The notes beneath the pieces are model-generated. The model was not told where the DNA came from. It searched no databases and worked only from the letters and a program-made list of their open reading frames with translations. A DNA stretch of 64,000 nt from Bugula neritina. Lineage: Eukaryota; Animalia; Bryozoa. The position numbers and the translations under genes are program-made. Position 1 is the stretch's first letter, and each line of letters begins with the position of its first letter. Below, piece after piece: positions 1 to 10,759 of the stretch. Where the stretch lies: assembly GCA_964035545.1 (NCBI GenBank), contig OZ037772.1:2356001-2420000 (forward strand). Reading direction: 5' to 3'.

Positions 1-494
1 AAATATTACTTCTCAGCAGTTTGAAAGAAATCAACTAAAATACGCCTGAAATCAATACGGCGACGCTTATCGTACTTCCAGCTTTGCGGTCAAGTTAAAA
101 GTTGTAGTGTGCTGGTTTACATGAGTACTCTTAGCGAGTCAATATCGATCATTAAATTCTATCTAGCCTTGCCAGTGTGGTATATTTAAGAGTGTTGACT
201 TTAAACCATAAAAAATCATTATGTCGCTAAGGGTACCGCGAGTTTATATAAGTTATAAAGGAAAAATTTTGCCACTTTTGTGATTTTATTTTTTTTTTAT
301 ATTATGTGTTCACTTTTTTTAGTTTTGTTTATTGGTAAAGTTTTTAAACATATTTTCAATACATATAAAATCTTAAAAAAAATTAAAACCTAATCATGCA
401 CGTAAATACAAAGCTATAGAGTTTAAGCTTCGCTGTGATTACAATGTGAATATGAATTGAATAATGCTTGCAATAACCATTTTACACAAAATAC

Positions 495-799
495 TGTTAT
501 GTTTTTCAGATTTAGGGTCGATGTGCAACCAAGAGAGTCTATTTATCACTAGAGAAACTTCACCGAGATAAGTCGAGTAGATATCGTTATATTTTAATAC
601 AAGAACACATAATAAAAATCTAATATACAACAGTTATAATGCACACGTCTAATTAATTTACAGCACTGTCCTCAACTGAGCTAGTAGCGCGAAGCTGCTA
701 CTATTACTCATAACAGCCTAGCTAATTGGCTAATACATTGTTCCGGGTCAATACGCAACCTTGCGTATAGTGTTGCTGGTAGCTCCACGAGCCATCACA
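495..799 (-). repeat. 3' LTR of element 1
   Basis: About 3 substitutions versus 7500-7804. Preceded on the minus strand by the purine-rich tract CTGCTGGAGGGGGCAG (800-815). Confidence 0.95.
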
Positions 800-1063
800 C
801 TGCCCCCTCCAGCAGAAAGCCCTCTTTCTGATAAAAATATAATTCACATAAAAATGTATACTTCGTTGTGGAGAGAGAGAACAGTATAAAAGTATATACA
901 AAAAAACAACCGATAAAATATACAGGTATATATATAAAACGTGCACAATGTGTAATATGTAAGAAAAGGTCCTATTTACATGTAGAGTATGTGCCACCAT
1001 AACGGTAGGGAATGCCACAGAGAGGTAGGGGAAGAGTAGTATGGAGTTGGAGATAGACTCATG

Positions 1064-1857
1064 TTAACTGCGGGCCGCACGCTTCATGCTCTTAATAGAC
1101 TCCTGTAGATATTTGAGTTCACTGGATGCAGCCTGCACCCGCGGGGCCAGTCTGTACACTTCTTGCTCTAGGTCGTGTGCCCTAGCTTCTACTTCACGTA
1201 GGTTGCGGGCCAGGGGGGACGAACGAGAGGAAGTCTGCTGTCTGTGTCTTTTCCGTTCTGAGGATGGAAGGGGAGGAGGGAGTGTATACGCCTTCGTGTC
1301 TACCCTCTGTAGTACGACACGGGGGAAGGTATGCGGGTGGCGTAGATGACTGTGAGGTGGAGAGTTAGTTGACTGTATAGGTTTATCTGCGGCTCCAGAG
1401 ATGATGGGTCGCGGGGAAGGAAAGCCTTGCTCCAGGCGAGATAGCCGAGCTGCGTCAGTGATGAGGGGTTTGATGGCGTTGAGAAATGCGGGATATGATG
1501 ATTCGTCTACTTCATAGACGTGTCCTTGATAACACTGCATAGTGCGTTGGTGACGCAGTAGGTAATCACGATTGTAACTATTTTCTCCGCAGGGGCAGAA
1601 CGTGGTGATGTAATGCTGCGGCAAGTGTACTTTCAGCCTGCGGTGGGTTGTAAATCAATGCTGGCAGAGGTTGCATTCGCGGTTACCATCACCTCCTTGA
1701 TGAGTCTTAATCTCTCTCTCTGTGGCAGGGGTAATCCAGTTGGAGGTTGCTTCCAACTGGGGTGGCAGTTGTCTGGTTGTAGAAGTTGTTGGGGCCGGCT
1801 CTGGGTCCCACGCCATCTCTAGAGAAGGCATGCCCGGGGAGACGGGCGCGAGTGTGT
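1064..1857 (-). pseudogene. Element 1 third gene, exon 2 (C2H2 + C2HC zinc fingers, basic region, coiled coil); in-frame TGA at 1655-1657
   Basis: ORFs 1655-2137 and 1064-1624 are the same frame: CNLCQH*FTTHRRLKVHLPQH, then CPCGENSYNRDYLLRHQRTMQC. Acceptor ctaac..ttctacttttgtag ends at 1858. Homologous to 15594-16381. Confidence 0.8.
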
Positions 1858-2154
1858 CTACAAAAGTAGAATTATTGTTAGATCGCGGTGGATCTTTACA
1901 ACATAATTCTAGTGACTGTCGACTGTTACTAGCCTGAGAGTCACAGCTTTTGGAATGCACTCGAGGAACCGATGAATCATGTGTGGACTGACCAAGAACA
2001 GTGTCTAGCTCCAGGTCTAACAGACCGTCGGCCATTACAGTGTCCTCATCGTCATTCACATGAAACGTGGTTCCCAGTAATTCTGATTCAATCTGCTGAA
2101 TTAGTTCAGAATTTACTGGCATCGAGCTCGTTTCCATGAATAGGAATACAAGAC

Positions 2155-5100
2155 TTATACTGGCTTACCTGTGAACTCGGTATTAAGGTCCATACTCAAC
2201 GTTCTTGGTAAGATTGGAGCTGGTTGTGATATACGTCTGCCTCTGGCGATGTCAGCATAAGAAAAGGCTGAGCATCGTTTCTGAGGCACAAAGTCGGAAC
2301 TATTTGCTTTACGGGCATTAATTCCTCCCACTATTCCCGCCCTCGCAAAAGTTGATATTTGCGTGGGGTTCACAACTCCAACATTTTATCGTACGGTTTT
2401 CCCCTAGACTTTCATGCGTGCCGCTTCTAATGCAGTCACATACGAAGTCTTTTAAATACGGTGGGGGTTTCCTCGTACGCTGTCCCCGCTCTAGGGGGGG
2501 TGACACGCTCGCCGGTTCGTTGGTAGGGGCCTCTAATGGCGTCTCTACTTCACCGTTAGCGGTCACCTTTTCTTGTTCTCCGGATGGAGCCCCTCCCTCC
2601 GTGGGGATTTGCACTTCCGGAACCGGCTCGGTTTCTGGAAGTGATGGAATTAGACTTGGCGGTGGCGGACACGCGTCTGTTGACAAAAGCTGCCGCTCCT
2701 CTCTCACCAAGTTTTCTTCCCGCGGTATGACTACTTCGTATTCAGGTCCATGCCGCCGTCGCCCGCGCGTTGTTGTCTGCCTCCTGGGCTCCAACAACGG
2801 GGGGGCTTCTCCCACTGCGTCGGGGCTAGCCCAATACGGTTTCAAGCGAGACTCATTCTGGATAGACACCTGTCCTGAGCGCTCAATCTTGTACGTATGG
2901 TTGGGCATAGCCTCGACGATCACGTAGGGTCCTACGAACTTAGGCTTTAGTTTATCAGCCTGTCCGCGGCGCCTACGGTAATTGACCATCCACACCTTAT
3001 CTCCCGTTTGGTAGAGAGGTGGTTCATCGGAATCTTCGTGCCGCACCTTCTACTGCTGTTTGCGCAGTATATCGTGTGCGGCCTTCATCCGTTCCACTAG
3101 TTCACTGGCATACTCGTGAACCGAGTTGTCTTGCTCTGGAACGTGGTAGGTGAGATGGTCAGGGACACGAGTCTCTCTCCCGAGCATCAAGAGGTTTGGG
3201 GTCTCACCAGTACTGGTGTGTGGGGTGCTACGGTATGCACGCATGGATTGCGGCAACACCGTATCCCATTCCTCTTGGCCTCGTCCAAGGAGGAGACTCC
3301 GGAGCGCATCACCTAGCATCCGGTTGTTGCGCTCCACCACCCCGTTACCTTGAGGGTGGTAGGGGGTTGTATGGCTCTGATTTACTCCCCAGAGGTGGCA
3401 AAGGTCGCTCATCAGTTGAGACTGGAATTGAGCGCCTTGATCAGAGTGTATCTGTTCGGGAAGCCCAAAATAACAGAATACATGTTGGTCTAGTGCCCTG
3501 GCCACTGTTGGGGCTGACGCATCTGGGATAGCCAGAGCATCCGCCCACCTAGTAAAGTGGTCGGTTAGTACTAGGATCCAATTATTGCCTCTGGGGGTTA
3601 GGGGCATGGGTCCGACCAGGTCTACAGCGACTACTTGCCAGGACCTACCGGCATATAGCCTCCGCCGTCCTGTTTCACCAGGGGGGCGGCTATGCTTACT
3701 GGCCTGGCAGATCTCACACTGCTTGACTCTGAGTCGGACGTCACGCTCCATTTGTGGCCAATACCACCGGAGTCGTAATTTGGATATCACTCTATTGACC
3801 CCTGCGTGGGCCTGTTTGTGAGTATCCCAAATCAACTCACGGCGGATGGCCGTGGGGCAGACTACCCTCTCCTTCTCCGGGTGTCTGCCGCTGGCGGCTA
3901 GAGAGATGGTTAGTAACCCATCCTGCCCGATCCGCAGCGAGTCCCAACGCTGACAGTATAGCCGGAACTCGGCGCATACCTGTCGTATGCGTTCCTCGCT
4001 GGGTCGTCGCCCTTCCCTTTTGGCCCGATATATGTCTGCCACGACTCCAGGCAGCTCTTCTTGGAGCTTCTTCAGCTCTCGAACATTACCGGCCAGTACA
4101 GGGTTGGCGCGGAGGTTTTGTCCACCCTCCGGGGACTCATCAACTCCCTGCCTGAGTTGACCCTGGTCCCAGTCAAACGGTGCTTCGTGGTGAGCCAGCG
4201 TCTCCAACTCGCATCGCGGGGGACCTCCATCCCTCCTCTCGATGTTGAGACACTGTTTGCAACCTCCGTCAGGTCGGCGACTCAACCCATCCGCATTGCT
4301 GTGTCTCTTGCCCGGTCGATGTTCGATCCGGTATGAGAATTCAGTTAGGAGTTCGAGCCACCAGGCGACCTGACTAGAGGGCTCTGCTTTCTTGCACAAC
4401 CAGATCAGCGAGGCATGATCCGTACGCAGCCGGAACTTCCTGCCATATAAGTATGGTCTGAAGTGCTTCACTGATTTGATTACTGCCAGCAGCTCCTTGC
4501 GGGTAGTGCAGTAATTCCGTTCAGCAGGTGAGAGAGACTTGCTGTAGTAGGCTACTACTACCTCTCGGCCTTCCTGCACTTGAGACAACACAGCGCCAAC
4601 ATTTTGGTCACTAGCGTCCGTGTCGAGGATGTACTCCAGAGTGGGGTCTGGGTAGGCCAAGATTGGCGCCGTTAGTAGGCAACCCTTGAGGCGGTCGAAC
4701 GCTCCTTGTTCGACTGGGGTCCACTGCCACGTCACTCCCTTTGCGGTGAGCCGGTTTAACGGCTGGGCTATGCCCGCAAAGTCCGGTATGTATTGCCTGT
4801 AATACCCTACCAGCCCCAAGAAAGCCCGGAGTCCGGTCAAGTCTTGGGGGGTGACCCAGTCTTCTATCGCCCGTACCTTTTCGGGATCCGTTGCCACGCC
4901 GTTTCGACCGACAACGTGCCCCAGGTACTTGACCTCCGACTGCAATAGAGCGCACTTGGAAGGTTTGAGCTTAAGACCGGCACCTCGGAGTCTCTCGAAA
5001 ACTTCCTGCAGATGACTGACATGTGTCTCGAAGTCTGGAGAGATTACGATGACATCATCGAGGTAGACCAGCAGTGTCTTCCAATGGAGCCCGCTAAGGA

Positions 5101-6651
5101 CTTGTTCCATCAGCCTCTGGAAGGTGGCTGGGGCGGAGGTTAACCCGAAGGGCAGCACCTTCCACTTCCACAGCCCGTCCCGTGTGATAAACGCCGCTTT
5201 CTCCTAGGCGTCGGGACTCAGAGGGACTTGCCAATAGCCACTCAGCAAGTCTAATGTACTGAAGTAATTGCTGCCGGCTAGGGCGTCCAAGGACTCGTCA
5301 ATACGAGGTAGAGGGTAGGCGTCCTGTATGGTTACGTTATTGAGTTTACGGTAATGCACACAGAACCGCCAACTGCCGTCTTTCTTCCGGACCAGTACGA
5401 CCGGTGAGCTCCACGCACTATGGGCGGGCTCTATGAGGCCGCGGTCCAGAAGATCCCGTATTTGTCGGCTAACCTCCTTCTCTTTTTCCGGCCCCAGCCT
5501 GCGTGTGGGTTGCCGGACAGGGACTGTCCCTGCAGTCAGCGGTATTTCGTGCCTGACAACTCCAGTCAGCCCCACGTCATGATCTCCGCTACTGAACACA
5601 TCACCGTAGTCGCGTAGCAACTTCGCCATAGCTTGGCGTTCCTTGTTGCTCGCGCAGCCGCCACAGGCTGTTTCATATAACTCCCGGAGATGTGTTGGGA
5701 CTGCCCCTCGTCCCTGAATAGGGTGTCGAGGGGGTGCCTCCCCCGCGTCACCCAGCGACGGGCCCACGTCCTCTTCCTGGACGGAGTGGAACCGGCCCAG
5801 CATTGACCCAGCTGGGAGCTCAATGGGCTCGGTAAAGGGGTTGAAACACTGCACTAAGACCTCCCCTCGCTCAGTTAGTCGGTTTAAACTACTGGCGAGT
5901 TGGATCCTTTCGTGCGCGCCTTCAACGACCCCGAGCCTGGCTATCCGGTTGCTGTTCACTCGGCAGTGGATAGTAGCTCTGGAGCGTCCGGGTACGGTGC
6001 AGTTTCGAGGATAGCGTCTGCCTCTAGTTGGCTTATGACAAAGGTCTCCTGTACAGCCTGGTCTCGGACACGCCCAGGGAGCTCGATAATACCATAAAGG
6101 GGATACATGACCCGTCTGCCAGGGTGCCATGTTCCCCAGTATGCGGTCGTACTCTATCCCTGTCCCGGCGGGGCAGTGCCTCAAAGACTCTACGACTGAG
6201 AAGGTTGGTAGTACAACCGGAGTCGAGCAGGAAAGTGACGGCGTTGCCGGCCACCTTTCCGGGTAGGAAATAGCTCTCTCCATGTGGTTGTACTTTCACC
6301 CCGCCCCGCATGTGCTGTCCTAGATTGGTAGGACGGCGGGGGTTTCACCCGTGGTTTACGGGGTTTCCGGCGGCGAGGTTGGTGCCGGCGGGGTTTGGGG
6401 CTCTCCACTGGGCCTTCTGGCTCCATTTCAGTGGCGGGCTCCTCTTCCCGAGGTAACCGGTGGAACCGGTTGGCGAGTGGCAGGGAGAAGGTACTCGGCC
6501 GTTGTGCGGGCCTACTAGTCCTGCGTGGTACCTGCCACTCGGGGGGAGTGTTCCGTCGTGTCCGTACGAACAGACGACGGCTTGTCCCACCATACTCCTT
6601 CAGTTGCGGCCCGCGGGGAGGGAGAGTGTCCGCGGGCCGTGACAGTTTAAC
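2155..6651 (-). pseudogene. pol: Element 1 pol (aspartic protease, RT, RNase H, integrase), disrupted
   Basis: LLDSG protease, YLDD RT, DAS RNase H, HHCC + DDE integrase with GPY motif. Stops at 5204 and 3050, a frameshift near 6095, and a ~130-nt deletion at ~6006 relative to element 2. Confidence 0.93.
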
Positions 6652-7466
6652 GCCCCCTGGTATTGGGGTCGTCCTTTCTGTCCCTGGTCTTGACCAGCAC
6701 TACTCCAGCCCTGCCCCACAGGCGTTGGGGGCACCCGCAGGGCCTGACCGGGGCCAGCACCGGCCAGAATGGTTACCAGTTGTCCCAGCATCTCTACCAT
6801 ACGGTCCACTTCGGCTTCCAGCGGGAGGGCTTCGGGACCTGTCGTAGCCATGGCAGCGCTGACTCCAACTACTGGTGGGTTCCGTTGCGCTCGATGCATT
6901 TGGGTAGCCAACAGGTAAGCTTCTCCAGCCTTCAGAGCATCCTCTATTCTGGTTATCCCTTTAGCTCGCAGTTGATGGTGTAGGCCCAGGTCGTTTAGTG
7001 ACTGGACAAAGGCGTCATAGGTGTAACGCTCTTGGTGTTGTGCTGGCAGATCGCTATACGCAATCTGCGCCAGCTTCTTCACCGTCGCGGCATGTTCTTG
7101 CAGCGAGGTCCGCGGGGTGCGGCACAATCTCTCTAGCTTGGTCCTAGCGTCTATTGCGGAGATGCCAAAACGGGCCCGCAGCGCAGCCAGTATCCCGTTT
7201 ACGTCCGTTCCCACTCCGTACGGCTTGGCTTGTTCCGTCACCGCTCTCCGCAATTGGATAAGGGCCACTCTATGCGGCCATTGAGCAATCTCCATTACTT
7301 CTCTAAATTCTTGTATAAACTGTTCGACATCCTCTGACCCAGTAAACGTGGGAGCTTTCAAGCAATATCTATAAGCTTCTTCTCCCTCACGATTCACAGG
7401 ATTAACATCATTTCTACGCTCACCTTCTACTGGGGGTGGTTGCATTCTAGCATTTTCAGTTTCCAT
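6600..7466 (-). CDS. gag: Element 1 Gag (288 aa; no intact zinc knuckle)
   Basis: ORF directly after the PBS. APTFTG..DVEQFI capsid-like motif. Homologous to element 2 Gag. Confidence 0.88.
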   Translation of the reverse strand: METENARMQPPPVEGERRNDVNPVNREGEEAYRYCLKAPTFTGSEDVEQFIQEFREVMEIAQWPHRVALIQLRRAVTEQAKPYGVGTDVNGILAALRARFGISAIDARTKLERLCRTPRTSLQEHAATVKKLAQIAYSDLPAQHQERYTYDAFVQSLNDLGLHHQLRAKGITRIEDALKAGEAYLLATQMHRAQRNPPVVGVSAAMATTGPEALPLEAEVDRMVEMLGQLVTILAGAGPGQALRVPPTPVGQGWSSAGQDQGQKGRPQYQGALNCHGPRTLSLPAGRN

Positions 7467-7480
7467 CTTTGATGTACACT

Positions 7481-7498
7481 ATCCCACCGCTGCCACCA
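7481..7498 (-). promoter_or_regulatory. Primer-binding site, tRNA-Leu
   Basis: TGGTGGCAGCGGTGGGAT, 1 nt from the LTR, complementary to the metazoan tRNA-Leu(AAG/TAG) 3' end ATCCCACCGCTGCCA-CCA. Confidence 0.85.
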
Positions 7499-7499
7499 C

Positions 7500-7804
7500 T
7501 GTTATGTTTTTCAGATTTAGGGTCGATGTGCAACCAAGAGAGTCTATTTATCACTAGAGAAACTTCACCGAGATAAGTCGAGTAGATATCGTTGTATTTT
7601 AATACAAGAACACATAATAAAAATCTAATATACAACAGTAATAATGCACACGTCTAATTAATTTACAGCACTGTCCTCAACTGAGCTAGTAGCGCGAAGC
7701 TGCTACTATTACTCATAACAGCCTAGCTAATTGGCTAATACATTGTTCCGGGTCAATACGCAACCTTGCGTATAGTGTTGCTGGTAGCTCCACGAGCCAC
7801 CACA
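7500..7804 (-). repeat. 5' LTR of element 1
   Basis: Direct repeat of 495-799, adjacent to the PBS. Confidence 0.95.
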
Positions 7805-7914
7805 ATACCTTACAGTTGCTATAAATGTAAGACTAGTAAATTGGATGCAAATAGGCACGGTAATACTATTTAATTTATGCTATTTTTGAAATTTGTAGTA
7901 AATATTCGGCATGT

Positions 7915-7934
7915 ATTATATATATATATATATG

Positions 7935-8016
<82 letters not shown>

Positions 8017-8573
8017 TATTATATATATATTATACATTATATATATATTATATTATATATATTATACAAGTATAATAATATTATATATAATATATATATA
8101 TTATAATAATATATATATATTATAATAATATATTATATATTATTATATTATATATTATATTATATATATATTATATATATAATATCATATATAATATATT
8201 ATTATATTATATATTATATTATATATGATATATATATATTATAATAATATATTATACATTAATATATTATATATGATATATATCTAATAATATCATATAT
8301 AATATATATATATACACATATATATATAATATAATATTATATTATATATTATATTATATATATACTATATATATATTATATATATATAATAATGTCATAT
8401 ATAATATATAAAATATATTATTATATTATATATTATATTATATATATAATAATATCATATATAATATATTATTATATTATATATTAAATTATATACATTA
8501 TACATATATAATGATATTATATATAATGTATATATATACATATAATAATATTATATATTATATATATATATAA

Positions 8574-8670
<97 letters not shown>
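7915..8670. repeat. (TA)n / TATTA low-complexity spacer of the foldback element
   Basis: Almost pure A/T. A second copy lies at ~16988-17750. Confidence 0.9.
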
Positions 8671-8671
<1 letters not shown>

Positions 8672-9469
8672 GCCAAATATTTACTACAAAATTCAAAAAT
8701 AGCATAAATTAAGTAGTATTACCGTGCCTATTTGCATCCAATTAACTAGTCTTACATTTATAGCAACTGTAACGTATTTTGTGTATAATGGTTATTGCAA
8801 GCATTATTCAATTCATATTCACATTGTAATCACAGCGAAGCTTTAACTTTATAGCTTTGTATTTATGTGCATGATTGAGTTTTAATTTTTCTTTTAACTT
8901 TATGTGCATTAAAAATATGTTTAAAAATTTTACCAATAAACAAAATTAAAAAAAATGTACACATGAAATAGAAAAAAAATAAAATAACAAAAGTGGCAAA
9001 ATTTTTCCTTTATAACTTATATAAACTCGCGGTACCAATCTCGGCATAATGGCGCCCATATGATTCCGTAAGATTTGCTAATGGCAACACTCTTAAATAT
9101 ACCACACTGAGCCTTGCTTCTCAAAAACGGATTTTAAAGTCATGAAAACCATACAATTGGATATTGCTTAAGTACAATGAGAGGCGTAAGCGCACCGTCT
9201 AGATAATCTTGTCGCATTGTAAAATAATTTATGCTATATGCTTGCTGTACCCACTAGGATTAGTGATGACTTTGCTTTATACTTGTGACTTATAAGTTGT
9301 AGTTTTTAACTCAATTTGACGAAACTTAGTATCCTTATTTTGCTTGAAAAGGATGCTACGCTTTAAAGATTTAATTCTCTTGCATAAGCAAGTTGTAAGT
9401 AATAGTAATACTAATACTCTAATTGAGTAAGTTGTAGTGTTAATATAATTTTTTATTCATTCTTAATAT

Positions 9470-9774
9470 TGTGGTGGTTCGTGGAACTACCAGCAGCACA
9501 ACATGTAGGGTCGCGTAATTGACCCGGAACAATGGATAGCCAATTAGCGTAGTTGATAGTTAGCAGCAATTGTAGTTTCCCGCTGCTAACTCAGTCGAAG
9601 CTAGAGTGTGAAATAGATTAGATGTATAACTTGTTTGAAGATAATGTATCGTTTTTATAATGTATAATTGTGTGTAAAATATACTCGTTCACTCGACTTA
9701 TCCTGGTGCAGTTCTATAGCAAATAAATAGACTCTCTGGATAGCACATCAACCCTAAATCTGAAAATCTTAACA
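9470..9774 (+). repeat. 5' LTR of element 2
   Basis: Direct repeat of 16669-16975, followed by a tRNA-Leu-type PBS. Confidence 0.95.
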
Positions 9775-9805
9775 GTGGTGGCAGCAGTGGGATAGTGCAT
9801 CCAAG

Positions 9806-10759
9806 ATGGAGACTGAAAATGCTGGAACTCAACCACCGGCAATCGAAGGTGAGCGTAGAGACAATGCTGTAGAGACAATGCCTGTTAACCATGTAGTAGA
9901 AGAGCGAAGGGTTCCGCGAGAATTAGCTGAGGACCGCTACAGGTTATAGGCGCCCACCTTCACGGGTGAAGAGGAGGTGGAACAATTTATCCAAGAGTTC
10001 AGCGACGTAATGGACGTCGCTCAGTGGCTCCCTAGGGTGGCCTTGTTGAAGCTTAGAATGGCATTGATGGACAAAGCCAAGCCCTATGGGCTGGGCGTAG
10101 ACATTGATAATATCTTTGCTTCTCTGCGGGCCCGCTTTGGCCTCTCTGCTACAGATACCAGGGCCCGATTGCAGAGGTTGCGGCGTGATCCCCGCACCCC
10201 GCTGCGGGAGCATGCCGCCGCAGTCATGAAGCTGGCACAGATCGCGTACAGCGACTTGCCCCCAGTCAACCGCGAGATGTACACCCTCGACGCTTTCATA
10301 GCATCTGTCGACGATCTGGGTCTCCACCACCAGTTTCTAGCTAGGGGAGTCACCACCGTTGAAGATGCTCTGACTGAGGGGGAAGCTTACCTCCTAGCTA
10401 ATCAAATGCATAAAAGTCGCGGAAGCTCCCGCCAAGTGGAGATAGACCGCGCAGACACGGCCGCGGGACAAGGGGAGGAAACCCCCGCCGCGGCTGCCGT
10501 GTCCCAGTTGGCGACGGCATCAAAAGTCACTCAACTGACATACATGCTAGCCAAGCTGATAGCAACACTGACACCACAAAACCCAGTGAGTACCGCCCCT
10601 GAGCCCATGCGGCCATCGGCGCCGCCACAGGGAGAAACAGTCAGTTTTTGCTGGGAGTGCGGAAATCAAGGACATTTCCGCCGATATTGTCCCTTCCTAA
10701 ATCAGGGGTTAAACTACCGCGGCCCGCAGATGTTCCCACCTTCCGCAGGCCGACGATGA
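9806..10759 (+). pseudogene. gag: Element 2 gag with premature TAG at 9947-9949; C-terminal CCHC zinc knuckle
   Basis: METENAGTQPP start matches element 1. RL*APTFTG versus LKAPTFTG. Knuckle CWECGNQGHFRRYC. Confidence 0.9.

Larger units (their letters stand above)
495..7804 (-). mobile_element. Ty3/Gypsy LTR retrotransposon, element 1 (full length, defective)
   Basis: 305-bp TG...CA LTRs at 495-799 and 7500-7804. 4-bp TSD ATAC (491-494, 7805-7808). PBS, PPT and gag-PR-RT-RH-IN order. Confidence 0.97.
173..9109. mobile_element. Non-autonomous hAT-type foldback DNA transposon (long TIRs around an AT microsatellite), interrupted by Gypsy element 1
   Basis: Termini CAGTGTGGTATATTTAAGAGTGTTG (173) and its reverse complement ending at 9109. 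Perfect 8-bp TSD AGCCTTGC at 165-172 and 9110-9117. Arms 232-494 plus 7805-7920 are the inverted match of ~8665-9036. Confidence 0.85.

Noticed and set aside
1858-2137. N-terminal part of ORF 1655-2137 as the true start of the third gene
   Set aside because: It has no counterpart in element 2, and the conserved acceptor at 1858 gives matching protein lengths. An alternative ATG start cannot be fully excluded.
7877-8705. IY-rich ORFs
   Set aside because: (TA)n microsatellite.
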